In this document: positions 20,374 to 30,724 of the stretch, piece after piece
How positions within the stretch are numbered: position 1 is the first letter of the stretch
Layout: each line of letters opens with the position of its first letter
NCBI GenBank assembly: GCA_964402965.1
Contig: CAYODY010000001.1
Location: forward strand, 72,002 to 136,001
Reading direction: 5' to 3'
Origin: an uncultured Candidatus Saccharibacteria bacterium
Lineage (GTDB): Bacteria; Patescibacteriota; Doudnabacteria; UBA920
Length of the DNA: 64,000 nucleotides
Position numbers and translations under genes: made by a program
The notes under the pieces: model-generated
What the model was told of the DNA's origin: nothing
Seen by the model: the letters and a program-made list of their open reading frames with translations, nothing else
Databases searched by the model: none

Positions 20374-21405
20374 TTATTCAATTAAATTTTTAGATTCTTC
20401 CGCAGCAAATTCAGTAACCTCTACTTGCTCCATTTGTAAGGTAGCAGCATTTTTAATGTTACTTTGTAGTTTAGTAAAATCGTTAGCAACAGTACCCATT
20501 GTATTGGCAGAATTCTTAATATGATTAGCAAGAATTCCTAAGTTTCGGCCGAATTTATCGGATTCTTGTTGGATTCCAGAAACCATATGCAAAAGCTTTT
20601 CAGCAACTTCGTTAACTTGCTGACCACGTAAGGCTATTAAAATAATTTGTAAATGATGGTATAAAGTGTTTGGGCTCACCATGTAGACTTTTTTGTTGCG
20701 GGCGTATTCAACTGTTGCCATGTCTTCTAAAGCTTCATGGAAAACTCCCTCGCTTGGAATGTACATTAGTGCAAAATCAAAAGTTCCTTCTTGAGTAAGG
20801 ATGTATTTTTTGTGAATTTCATCAATTCGCTTGCGAATATCACGTAAAAAAGCTTTTTTCAAATTTTCTGCAGAATCTTCCTCTTTCGCTTCTTTGTACA
20901 AACGAAAATTTTCCATGGAGAATTTGCTATCTATAGAAAGAATTTTGTCTCCTACGAAAACAGCCATGTCTACAATTTCACCGTTGCTAAATTTATACTG
21001 GGCTTTGTATGAATTTTTATTTAGCACTTGGGAAAGCATGTTCTCTAGCATTTCTTCACCAAAGTTTCCGCGTGCTTTTGGCGAGGCCAGAACTTCGGAC
21101 AAACGACGAATGTCTGGACCAATTTGCGACATTTCTCCAAGTCTTCCTTGTAGCGCACCAATTACTTTTGCGGCATTATCAAGGCGCTCGTTGATGTCTT
21201 TATTAGTCGCAGAAATAGACTTTTCCATAGCATCTTTTGTGGCTTCTGTACCGGTTTTGATATCGCGCATCCATTCCATCATTACTTTCATATTAGTGTC
21301 GTCAACTGGTTTCTCGGCCGACTTTTTGAGCGTCGAAAGCATATACAAAAGAACGCCGAATCCGGCCACAAGTAAAGCTATGATGATATATAAAAATGTT
21401 GTCAT
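20374..21405 (-). CDS. rmuC: DNA recombination protein RmuC
   Basis: N-terminal TM, coiled coil, RGNFGE, IDSKFS, DFALMYIPSEG, VSPNTL; start reassigned to MTTFLY at 21405. Confidence 0.9.
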   Translation of the reverse strand: MTTFLYIIIALLVAGFGVLLYMLSTLKKSAEKPVDDTNMKVMMEWMRDIKTGTEATKDAMEKSISATNKDINERLDNAAKVIGALQGRLGEMSQIGPDIRRLSEVLASPKARGNFGEEMLENMLSQVLNKNSYKAQYKFSNGEIVDMAVFVGDKILSIDSKFSMENFRLYKEAKEEDSAENLKKAFLRDIRKRIDEIHKKYILTQEGTFDFALMYIPSEGVFHEALEDMATVEYARNKKVYMVSPNTLYHHLQIILIALRGQQVNEVAEKLLHMVSGIQQESDKFGRNLGILANHIKNSANTMGTVANDFTKLQSNIKNAATLQMEQVEVTEFAAEESKNLIE

Positions 21406-21469
21406 ATGGTTAATTATAGCAGAGGGCACATAAACCAGCTACTGAATCTATTTAATGCCTCTTAAACCC

Positions 21470-21498
21470 AAAACACGCCCCTCTAGAAGGCGTGTTTT
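21470..21498 (-). terminator. Intrinsic terminator-like hairpin
   Basis: AAAACACGCC-CCTCTAGAA-GGCGTGTTTT. Confidence 0.65.
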
Positions 21499-21592
21499 CG
21501 GAACTTTGTTAAGTTATATCAGCTTTAACAGCTGTATTAATTATATCAGGCTATTAGGCACGCGCAAGGGCTTGGGCTGTGGATATTCTCGT

Positions 21593-22612
21593 TTATTTTC
21601 CCAATTTTTTTAATGTGCCAAGAGTCAATAAACTAGCAGGATATATTGTGCTAATTTTTTGCATGTATTCTTTGGAATTATAGATTTCATCACTAACAAA
21701 TGTTATAACGCCGTAATTGGCAATTGATTTTGCCTTTTCTTCGGTTAAATCTAAACCAAGTGTTATTTGAATCATAACGTCAATTTTACTCATCTGAACA
21801 GTTTTTATAAATTGTTTATACCTCTCTCTTAGAGTTCTTTTGGCACCAATTCCGTATACTTTATTCTTTATTTTAAAGAAAAAGTCAAATTCTGTTGAAC
21901 TGTCTGCTTTGTCATGAGTTTTTGATATGTCATTTGCTTTTATCCCCAAACTAATAAGGATATTATATATTCTGTCTTCATAATTTGAACCTGCATCGGA
22001 TAGAATCGATTGATTGATACTTTCTGAAAACATTAACATAAACATCTGATTTGGTTCCAATCCTTTAGTTTTTAGGAATCTATAATCATGAAATAGAGAA
22101 TTAACATATTCTTTAGTTGATTGAGAAATGAAACTTGTATCTTTATCTTCAAGCTTTGAAAAAAACAATAGAGAGAGTAAAGCGCCATTAACTCTAGTGT
22201 AATATGGTTTGCTTTTTGAAATCGTGTCGTATTCGACTGAAAGTTGATTTACATTTTGAAGTGAGGATAAGTTAGATATATCTCCAACTTTGGCTTCAGC
22301 GAGCAGTAAAGGTTTAATTTGAATTAATTTAAGTGAGAAAACAAAAGTGATTAAATCAGTAGTATTTTTAACTTGATACATCATGGCAGTAAGCCCTACT
22401 TTTTTAGTTTCTGAAAGCTGGTCTATTAAATTAATAAATATTGCTTTAATTTGATTGAGTGATAGTTTGGAGTTAGAAAAGTATGCTTCCAAGAATTTAT
22501 TGATTTCATTATCCGATAATTTAATAGCACCATTAAGCTCCTTTAAGAAAAAATATAGATTAAAGTTAGCATCAAGCTTATTCCTTTTAATTTTGACCTT
22601 ATTTATTTTCAT
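21593..22612 (-). CDS. Type II restriction endonuclease (SsoII/EcoRII-C-like PD-(D/E)XK)
   Basis: AGSNYE...EFDF...AKRTLRERYKQ motif; overlaps the C5 methyltransferase gene. Confidence 0.75.
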   Translation of the reverse strand: MKINKVKIKRNKLDANFNLYFFLKELNGAIKLSDNEINKFLEAYFSNSKLSLNQIKAIFINLIDQLSETKKVGLTAMMYQVKNTTDLITFVFSLKLIQIKPLLLAEAKVGDISNLSSLQNVNQLSVEYDTISKSKPYYTRVNGALLSLLFFSKLEDKDTSFISQSTKEYVNSLFHDYRFLKTKGLEPNQMFMLMFSESINQSILSDAGSNYEDRIYNILISLGIKANDISKTHDKADSSTEFDFFFKIKNKVYGIGAKRTLRERYKQFIKTVQMSKIDVMIQITLGLDLTEEKAKSIANYGVITFVSDEIYNSKEYMQKISTIYPASLLTLGTLKKLGK

Positions 22613-23603
22613 GTTTTTGCAAGGTATTAATAATCTGTTTTGCTAATGTTTTGATTACAGGCACTGCAACGCTGTTACCGAATTGTTTATACATTTGATT
22701 ATCGCTATTTGGCAAAACAAAAGAATCTGGAAACCCTTGGAGTCTTGCAGCCTCTCTAGGTGTTAATTTACGAGGGTTTTTATTTTTTTGTTCAATTAAA
22801 ATTTCAGATCCGTCTTTGTAATATCTTGCTGATATTGTACTGGTATACTTGGATTTTCTGTTAAACAAAGAATAGCCAAAACCATTACCTTTTTCTCTAT
22901 GTTCTTTTTTTCTTCTTTGGTGTCCTGCCCATAATTTATCAGAAATTGTATACTTAGGATCAATTTTCTTTTCAAGAATATCTCCTAATTTTGTTGCAGG
23001 TTTTGGTTCATCTGGAAAAGTAAATTCTATATTCCCTTTAAAAGCAACAATGTAAATTCTAACTCGATTTTGAGGCAAACCAAAATCTTTAGCATTATAT
23101 AATCTATGATAAACTTTATAACCCATATCCTCTAGGGTAGAAATAATCACTTTTAAGGTATTCCCTTTGTCGTGGCTTGCTAAATTCCTAACATTTTCTA
23201 AAAATACAACCTTTGGTTTATGGTGTTTAACTATTCTCGCTATATCAAAAAATAAGGTTCCGCGAGTATCTTCAAAGCCTTTTTTTAGACCTGCTTGAGA
23301 AAATGGCTGACATGGAAAGCCTGCTAATAACATATCGAAATTTGGAATTTCTTCTGGAGATATTTTTGTGATATCTCCGTATGGCAATTCGCCGAAGTTT
23401 GCAAGGTATGTCTTTTTCGCTGCCTCGTCCCACTCTGAAGTAAATACGCATTCACCGCCAGCATTTTCAAAACCCATGCGTATCCCTCCGATTCCTGCAA
23501 ACAAATCGATAAAAGTAAATTTAGCAGATTTAATTTTGTTAATAGGTTTAGTAAATAAGTCCCTAATTATAACTTTGCGTTTTAGAACGGTAGTATTTTG
23601 CAT
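22599..23603 (-). CDS. DNA cytosine-5 methyltransferase (target-recognition domain resembles CCNGG-type enzymes)
   Basis: DLFAGIGG, GFPCQPFS, ENV, QNRVR, KGNGFGYSLF...TISARYYKDGSEILI, YKQFGNSV. Confidence 0.95.
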   Translation of the reverse strand: MQNTTVLKRKVIIRDLFTKPINKIKSAKFTFIDLFAGIGGIRMGFENAGGECVFTSEWDEAAKKTYLANFGELPYGDITKISPEEIPNFDMLLAGFPCQPFSQAGLKKGFEDTRGTLFFDIARIVKHHKPKVVFLENVRNLASHDKGNTLKVIISTLEDMGYKVYHRLYNAKDFGLPQNRVRIYIVAFKGNIEFTFPDEPKPATKLGDILEKKIDPKYTISDKLWAGHQRRKKEHREKGNGFGYSLFNRKSKYTSTISARYYKDGSEILIEQKNKNPRKLTPREAARLQGFPDSFVLPNSDNQMYKQFGNSVAVPVIKTLAKQIINTLQKHENK

Positions 23604-23642
23604 GTATAAATTATAGCATTAGAGCGATAAAGTTTATAGAAA

Positions 23643-23671
23643 AAAACAACCCTCTCTAGAAGGATTGTTTT
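23643..23671 (-). terminator. Terminator of the tRNA operon
   Basis: AAAACAACCCT...AGGATTGTTTT hairpin just downstream of tRNA-Asp. Confidence 0.65.
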
Positions 23672-23681
23672 TATATATACG

Positions 23682-23758
23682 TGGCGGACTGAACGGGACT
23701 CGAACCCGCGACCTCTCGCGTGACAGGCGAGCGCTCTAACCAACTGAGCTACCAGTCC
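23682..23758 (-). tRNA. tRNA-Asp(GTC)
   Basis: GGACTGGTAGCTCAGTTGG...CTCGC-CT-GTC-AC-GCGAG...GGTTCGAGTCC...CCA, 77 nt. Confidence 0.97.
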
Positions 23759-23828
23759 ATGTTATTTATTGGCGCGAATGCGCTAAAATTTTCTTACACT
23801 TTTATATTTATTTCTATATTGATCGGGT

Positions 23829-23904
23829 TGGTACCGACGACAGGGATTGAACCTGTGACCTAAGGCTTATGAGTCCTTCGCTCTACCAACTGAGCTACGT
23901 CGGC
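23829..23904 (-). tRNA. tRNA with CAT anticodon (probably elongator Met; Ile2 not excluded)
   Basis: GCCGACGTAGCTCAG...AAGGA-CT-CAT-AA-GCCTT...GGTTCAATCC...CCA, 76 nt. Confidence 0.92.
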
Positions 23905-24042
23905 TTATTACCCTACTGCGCTACAATTAGACTTGCAATAATTACTCTTGCGCTGTTGCGAATTTTATTGATGCGGCTTATGCTTCTGCATAATTTTTTT
24001 GGTTGCGGGGCCGGGATTCGAACCCGGAACCTCAAGGTTATG

Positions 24043-24694
24043 CATACCACTATAGCTTTCGCTACTCTATCGAAATCGATTCGAAATAGATTTGATGGTC
24101 TGGACTTTCTCTTCATCCATCTATATAATGGATGCCTACCATTAAGTCTCTACACCTTCCTGAAAATCTTCAGGCTTGGCTCGGGATTGCCATCTAACAG
24201 GGTTCCCCGAATTTGATAGGATTCACATCTAAATTACTTTAGATGCAGCCCATAGTGAGATAAGTTCAAAGTTTTCTCGGTAATCAGCTGACTTTGGTTT
24301 ACGTTGACGTTTGTCAGTTTCAACTAAGGTAAGCGTGCTACCAAAACTTATAAATATTTCTACTGGAAAAACGTAAAAAATTCGTTTTTCAGGGATGTAT
24401 ACAATAGCGAAGTCAAAATCTTGTTTATTGTACAAACTTCTTATCATAAATCTGCGATTAGTCTTAGTGCGTCTAACATCAACACAATAGTTTTGATCAG
24501 AAGTGTTAAACCAAGCAGATTTTACTTGAAGTTTTACAAGCTTTCCATTTATATCAACTATTAGATCGTAGGAATGTCTGTCGCCCACAGGCTTCGAAAC
24601 TCCCCATCCAAACTCTAATAGTTTTAGAATAGTGGCTTGTTCAGCTACATCGCCTTTTAGTTTAGTATCCATATAAAGAACTTTCTCGAGATTG
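24043..24694 (-). mobile_element. Group I intron (IC3-like) in tRNA-fMet at position 33/34
   Basis: 5' exon ends in U and intron ends in G; core elements AAATTCGGGGAA (P), AATCCCGAGC (Q), GTAGAGACT (R), AAGAGAAAGTCC (S); IGS UGGGCU at 24247-24252 gives the U-G wobble at the 5' splice site. Confidence 0.92.
24229..24672 (-). CDS. Intron-encoded PD-(D/E)XK homing endonuclease, I-Ssp6803I-like
   Basis: TKLKGD.A.Q, GWGV.KP.GDR.SYDL, QVKS, RRT.TNRR, DFDFA, LVETDKRQRKP match the recalled I-Ssp6803I sequence; lies inside the intron. Confidence 0.9.
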   Translation of the reverse strand: MDTKLKGDVAEQATILKLLEFGWGVSKPVGDRHSYDLIVDINGKLVKLQVKSAWFNTSDQNYCVDVRRTKTNRRFMIRSLYNKQDFDFAIVYIPEKRIFYVFPVEIFISFGSTLTLVETDKRQRKPKSADYRENFELISLWAASKVI

Positions 24695-24756
24695 AGCCTT
24701 GCGAGCTGCCAATTGCTCTACCCCGCGTCAATATATATACCAAAAGGTACTTGGAG

Positions 24757-24785
24757 ATTATATCACTATTACTAGGATTTGGCAA
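24757..24785 (-). promoter_or_regulatory. Promoter of the tRNA-fMet/Met/Asp operon
   Basis: TTGCCA, 17 nt spacer, TATAAT, about 30 nt upstream of tRNA-fMet. Confidence 0.7.
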
Positions 24786-24826
24786 GGTTTTAGGTAAAAT
24801 TTATCATAAATTTAGTCAAGTAAAAC

Positions 24827-24851
24827 AAAACCGCCCCTTGCGGAACGGTTT
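24827..24851 (-). terminator. Terminator after the histone-like gene
   Basis: AAACCGTTCCGCAAGGGGCGGTTTT on the minus strand. Confidence 0.65.
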
Positions 24852-24879
24852 CGTCGATTGCTTCGAAGCAATTATCGAA

Positions 24880-25056
24880 TTAACGACGACGCTTCTTAGC
24901 AGCTGGCTTACGCTTTGCAGCTGGCTTACGCTTTGCTACTTTACGCTTAGCTGGCTTTTTAGCGGCAGCTTTTTTAGCTGGACGCTTTGCTACTTTACGC
25001 TTTGCAGCTTTTTTAGCTGGTGCGCGCTTTGCAGCTTTTCGCTTTTTTACGGCCAT
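24880..25056 (-). CDS. 58-aa Lys/Arg/Ala/Pro-rich histone H1-like (Hc2/protamine-like) protein, absent from the ORF track
   Basis: MAVKKRKAAKRAPAKKAAKRKVAKRPAKKAAAKKPAKRKVAKRKPAAKRKPAAKKRRR; AGGAG SD at 25067-25071; own promoter and terminator. Confidence 0.88.
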   Translation of the reverse strand: MAVKKRKAAKRAPAKKAAKRKVAKRPAKKAAAKKPAKRKVAKRKPAAKRKPAAKKRRR

Positions 25057-25244
25057 TGTGGCTAGTCTCCTGAGACAAACTATTTTGGGATTGTCTCAAT
25101 TTAATTTCTACTTCCTCACAACCGAAGTTGCGAAGGCTAAGTAGTACAAGTAATTTTTTTCTTTCTGTTTTTCTATCGTTTAGGTTGCGTAATTTTTTTT
25201 ACGCGTTGTTTCTGTTTCTCAGTCGTTACAATTGAACTAACTAA

Positions 25245-25273
25245 ATTATAAAGTTTTTATGAAGTGAAGTCAA
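25245..25273 (-). promoter_or_regulatory. Sigma70-type promoter for the histone-like gene
   Basis: TTGACT, 17 nt spacer, TATAAT. Confidence 0.7.
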
Positions 25274-25944
25274 TAGATACTGTGCATAACTTTTTGTAAT
25301 TTATTTATTAAAATTTTATTGTGCAAAGATTTAATTTCTTTTTCTAAACGTAATTTAGAAATATTTTTAGTAGTTGTAAAATATTTTTTTAAAACACTTT
25401 CTGTTTTAGAATCAAATTCAAATTGTAATTTTATTTGAAATCTATATGCTCGAATAATTCGTAATGGGTCTTCTAAAAGTTTTTTAGTTCCATTGCCGAT
25501 TAAACGAATTACCTGGTTTTTTAGATCTTCCAGTCCCCCGTGAAAGTCCAGAATTTCACCTGTGCAAGGGTTGTAATATATAGCGTTTATTGTGAAATCC
25601 CTTCTATTACTGTCTGTTTTTGGACTAGTTATGAATCTTACTTCAGGGAATCTGTTATTGCTGTATCGCTCAGTTCTGAATGTAGATATCTCTACCTTTG
25701 AGTTCCCTTTGTGAGCTACAATAACACCGAATTTTTCATGCGAAGTAGAAAATTTAACTTTATTAAATTTCAGAATTTTTTTAACTTGCTCTGGAGTAGC
25801 GCTTGTTGCAATATCCACGTCTGTAAATTTTCGTTGTAATAAAAAATCACGAACTGCACCGCCAACAAAATATGTTTTCGGATATTCGTGAAAAATTATT
25901 TTTTGAACAAGTAAAGAAAATTTTGGAAACTTTACACTATTCAT
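25270..25944 (-). CDS. Class II tRNA nucleotidyltransferase (CCA-adding), short form
   Basis: VGGAVRD, DVD, RRDFTINA, EDPLRIIR; only 224 aa. Confidence 0.85.
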   Translation of the reverse strand: MNSVKFPKFSLLVQKIIFHEYPKTYFVGGAVRDFLLQRKFTDVDIATSATPEQVKKILKFNKVKFSTSHEKFGVIVAHKGNSKVEISTFRTERYSNNRFPEVRFITSPKTDSNRRDFTINAIYYNPCTGEILDFHGGLEDLKNQVIRLIGNGTKKLLEDPLRIIRAYRFQIKLQFEFDSKTESVLKKYFTTTKNISKLRLEKEIKSLHNKILINKLQKVMHSIY

Positions 25945-25947
25945 AAA

Positions 25948-26430
25948 TTATTGTTTGAATACACCTTCACTTGTAATTCTTGTTTTGCGATGAGAGTGTT
26001 TGCGAGCAATATTTATTCGACTTAAGTTACGACGTAAACTCATTGCAGCTAAAGCGTATTCTTCATCAGAAGAAGTCTGTTCCTTAAGAATTTTTTCAGC
26101 TTCTAGCTTGGCTTCTTCTGCTCTATCAAGATCTATTTCGTAAAAATGTTCGGCGGCATCTGCAAGGATTACAATTTCACTTCTGTTTTTACCAGCAACT
26201 TTTTCTTCGGAATGCTTGACTTGTACAAAACCTCCAGCAACGTGGATATTGTAGTCTTCTTGCCCTTCATTTTTAGCTATTAACTCGCCGCTTACTAAAG
26301 TTGCGATGAATGGCACGTGACCTGGTAAAATAGTAATTTGCCCCTCTTCTGTTGGGCAGACCAAACTAGCCACTTCCTCTGTAAGTAGTGAACGTTCGGG
26401 GGTGACTAATTGTACTTTTATAGTATTCAT
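25948..26430 (-). CDS. atpC: ATP synthase F1 subunit epsilon
   Basis: LVTPER, GQITILPGH, GGFVQV; last gene of the atp operon. Confidence 0.95.
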   Translation of the reverse strand: MNTIKVQLVTPERSLLTEEVASLVCPTEEGQITILPGHVPFIATLVSGELIAKNEGQEDYNIHVAGGFVQVKHSEEKVAGKNRSEIVILADAAEHFYEIDLDRAEEAKLEAEKILKEQTSSDEEYALAAMSLRRNLSRINIARKHSHRKTRITSEGVFKQ

Positions 26431-26480
26431 GTTTCTTTAATTTAACAGATGCCTGAAATTATGGTTTTTAAGCTATGGCT

Positions 26481-28807
<2,327 letters not shown>

Positions 28808-28818
28808 TGGTTACAAAT

Positions 28819-30318
28819 TTACTTAACCCATCCTTGTTTGAAAGCTTCAATTGAGGCTTTCAATTTTGCCTCAGTATCTTCTGAGATTTCTTTAGTGTCA
28901 CGGATTGCTTCTAATACAGATTTTCCTTGAGTTTCCATGAATTCAGTTAATCCTTTTTCAAATTCTCGCACTCTTTCCACTGGAACATCATCCATGAAAC
29001 CATTGTTCACTGCATATAGTGAGACAACCTGTTTTTCCATAGCTACTGGAGAGTATTGTGGTTGTTTCAAAAGCTCTGTTAGACGACGTCCAAGGTCGAG
29101 TTGTTGACGAGTGGATTCATCTAGATCAGAACCGAATTGAGCAAATGCTTCAAGTTCACGGAATTGCGCTAACGCAAGTTTTAATTTTCCAGCAACTTTT
29201 TTCATCGCTTTTGTTTGTGCGGAAGAACCTACACGAGAAACAGATGTTCCAACGTTTACTGCAGGACGAATACCTTTGTAGAAAAGTTCAGCTTCTAAGA
29301 AAATTTGACCATCAGTAATTGAGATTACGTTTGTAGGAATGTAAGCAGAAATGTCCCCAGCTTGAGTTTCAATAATTGGAAGAGCGGTAATTGAACCACC
29401 GCCGTAATCAGCATTTAATTTAGCAGCACGTTCTAGTAAGCGAGAGTGCAAATAGAAAACATCTCCTGGGTAAGCTTCGCGTCCTGGTGGGCGGCGAAGT
29501 AACAAAGAGATTTCGCGGTATGCCACTGCTTGCTTTGAAAGGTCATCGAAAACAATCAACACGTCTTTACCTTGATCCATGAAATATTCAGCCATCGCAC
29601 AACCTGAGTAAGGTGCAATGTATGCCAATGAAGCAGATTCAGATGCACCACTAGAAACAACGATTGTATATTCCATAGCACCTTTAGCTTCTAATTCAGC
29701 AACAATCTTCGCAACTTTACTTTCTTTTTGACCAACAGCTACATAAACACAAATCATGTTTTGACCCTTTTGGTTGATGATAGTATCTATAGCAACAGCC
29801 GTTTTACCAGTTTGACGGTCACCAATAATCAATTCGCGCTGACCACGACCAATTGGGATTAACGCATCAATAGCTTTAATACCTGTTTGTACGGGTTGGA
29901 AAACTGATTGACGAGTAATAACTCCAGGAGCGATCTTTTCCACTGGATAGAATGCAGAACCTTTAATGTCGCCTTTGCCATCTTTAGATTCACCAAGTGC
30001 ACCAACTACTCTACCGATTAATGCATCACCAACAGGAACAGAAAGGATTTTACCAGTTGCTCGGACAGTGCCACCTTGTTTAACTTTTTGGAAATCACCC
30101 AAGATAATTGCACCAACAGTGTTTTCTTCAAGGTTTAAAGCAACTCCAGTTACTCCATCACCAAAATCTAACATTTCCATGCTAGCAACTTGAGTTAATC
30201 CGGAAATACGTGCAATACCATCTCCTACTTCCAAAACTGTTCCAACTTGCTCAACGCTAACGCCTGGATCGAACTTTGTTATCTGATTTTTTAATTGTTC
30301 TACTATATTATTTGCCAT
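28819..30318 (-). CDS. atpA: ATP synthase F1 subunit alpha
   Basis: [18 protein letters not shown]. Confidence 0.99.
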   Translation of the reverse strand: MANNIVEQLKNQITKFDPGVSVEQVGTVLEVGDGIARISGLTQVASMEMLDFGDGVTGVALNLEENTVGAIILGDFQKVKQGGTVRATGKILSVPVGDALIGRVVGALGESKDGKGDIKGSAFYPVEKIAPGVITRQSVFQPVQTGIKAIDALIPIGRGQRELIIGDRQTGKTAVAIDTIINQKGQNMICVYVAVGQKESKVAKIVAELEAKGAMEYTIVVSSGASESASLAYIAPYSGCAMAEYFMDQGKDVLIVFDDLSKQAVAYREISLLLRRPPGREAYPGDVFYLHSRLLERAAKLNADYGGGSITALPIIETQAGDISAYIPTNVISITDGQIFLEAELFYKGIRPAVNVGTSVSRVGSSAQTKAMKKVAGKLKLALAQFRELEAFAQFGSDLDESTRQQLDLGRRLTELLKQPQYSPVAMEKQVVSLYAVNNGFMDDVPVERVREFEKGLTEFMETQGKSVLEAIRDTKEISEDTEAKLKASIEAFKQGWVK

Positions 30319-30328
30319 ATGTTTTCTA

Positions 30329-30724
30329 TTAGGATTGAGTTAACGTATCTTTTAAATTCTCTAGTTTGTGCTTCACACTTCCGTCTATTAGCGTATCCCC
30401 TGCTCGGATGACCACTCCGCCAACAAGATTGCTATCTACTTTATGTTTAAGTTCTATATCTTTACCAACAACTTTGTTTAGATCGTCTAGTAATTCTTTA
30501 TTTAACTTTGCATCTAGTGCTGTAGTTACTTCAACTTCTGTAATTCCCTTTTGAGCTCTTTCATACTTTTCGTACTCGTCAATGATTTGTTCGTATCTGG
30601 AAAGGTCACCATTTGCTCTAAGAATATTGATAAAATTTTCTATTAAAATGTCGTGATCTTTTGTTTTAGTGTCCGAGATTGAATCGTAAAGAGCCTGAGC
30701 ATATTGTTCGTTTGTAAATTTCAT
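30329..30724 (-). CDS. atpH: ATP synthase subunit delta (short)
   Basis: YAQALY N-terminus, [22 protein letters not shown]. Confidence 0.92.
   Translation of the reverse strand: MKFTNEQYAQALYDSISDTKTKDHDILIENFINILRANGDLSRYEQIIDEYEKYERAQKGITEVEVTTALDAKLNKELLDDLNKVVGKDIELKHKVDSNLVGGVVIRAGDTLIDGSVKHKLENLKDTLTQS

Larger units (their letters stand above)
24000..24727 (-). tRNA. Initiator tRNA-fMet(CAT), split by an intron; exons 24695-24727 and 24000-24042
   Basis: Joined exons give the 76-nt CGCGGGGTAGAGCAATTGGCAGCTCGCAAGGCT|CATAACCTTGAGGTTCCGGGTTCGAATCCCGGCCCCGCAACCA, with the C1-A72 mismatch and A11-U24 pair of initiator tRNAs. Confidence 0.93.

Noticed and set aside
20831-21433. 200-aa plus-strand ORF and other long antisense ORFs (e.g. 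7332..7781, 31992..32435, 61687..62145)
   Set aside because: Mirror frames of well-supported minus-strand genes, with no motifs or expression signals.
23869-24216. ORFs 23869..24216 (+) and 23913..24116 (-)
   Set aside because: They overlap tRNA genes and the intron core; spurious.
21593-24727. Prophage or integrative element at the tRNA cluster
   Set aside because: No integrase, phage genes or duplicated tRNA 3' end were seen.
24880-25056. Repeated DNA units suggesting a CRISPR array or VNTR
   Set aside because: The repeats are in-frame codon repeats with no unique spacers, and no cas genes are present.
24751-25065. 104-aa plus-strand ORF with SWLTLC repeats
   Set aside because: Antisense shadow of the K/A/R/P-rich minus-strand gene, which has the SD, promoter and terminator.
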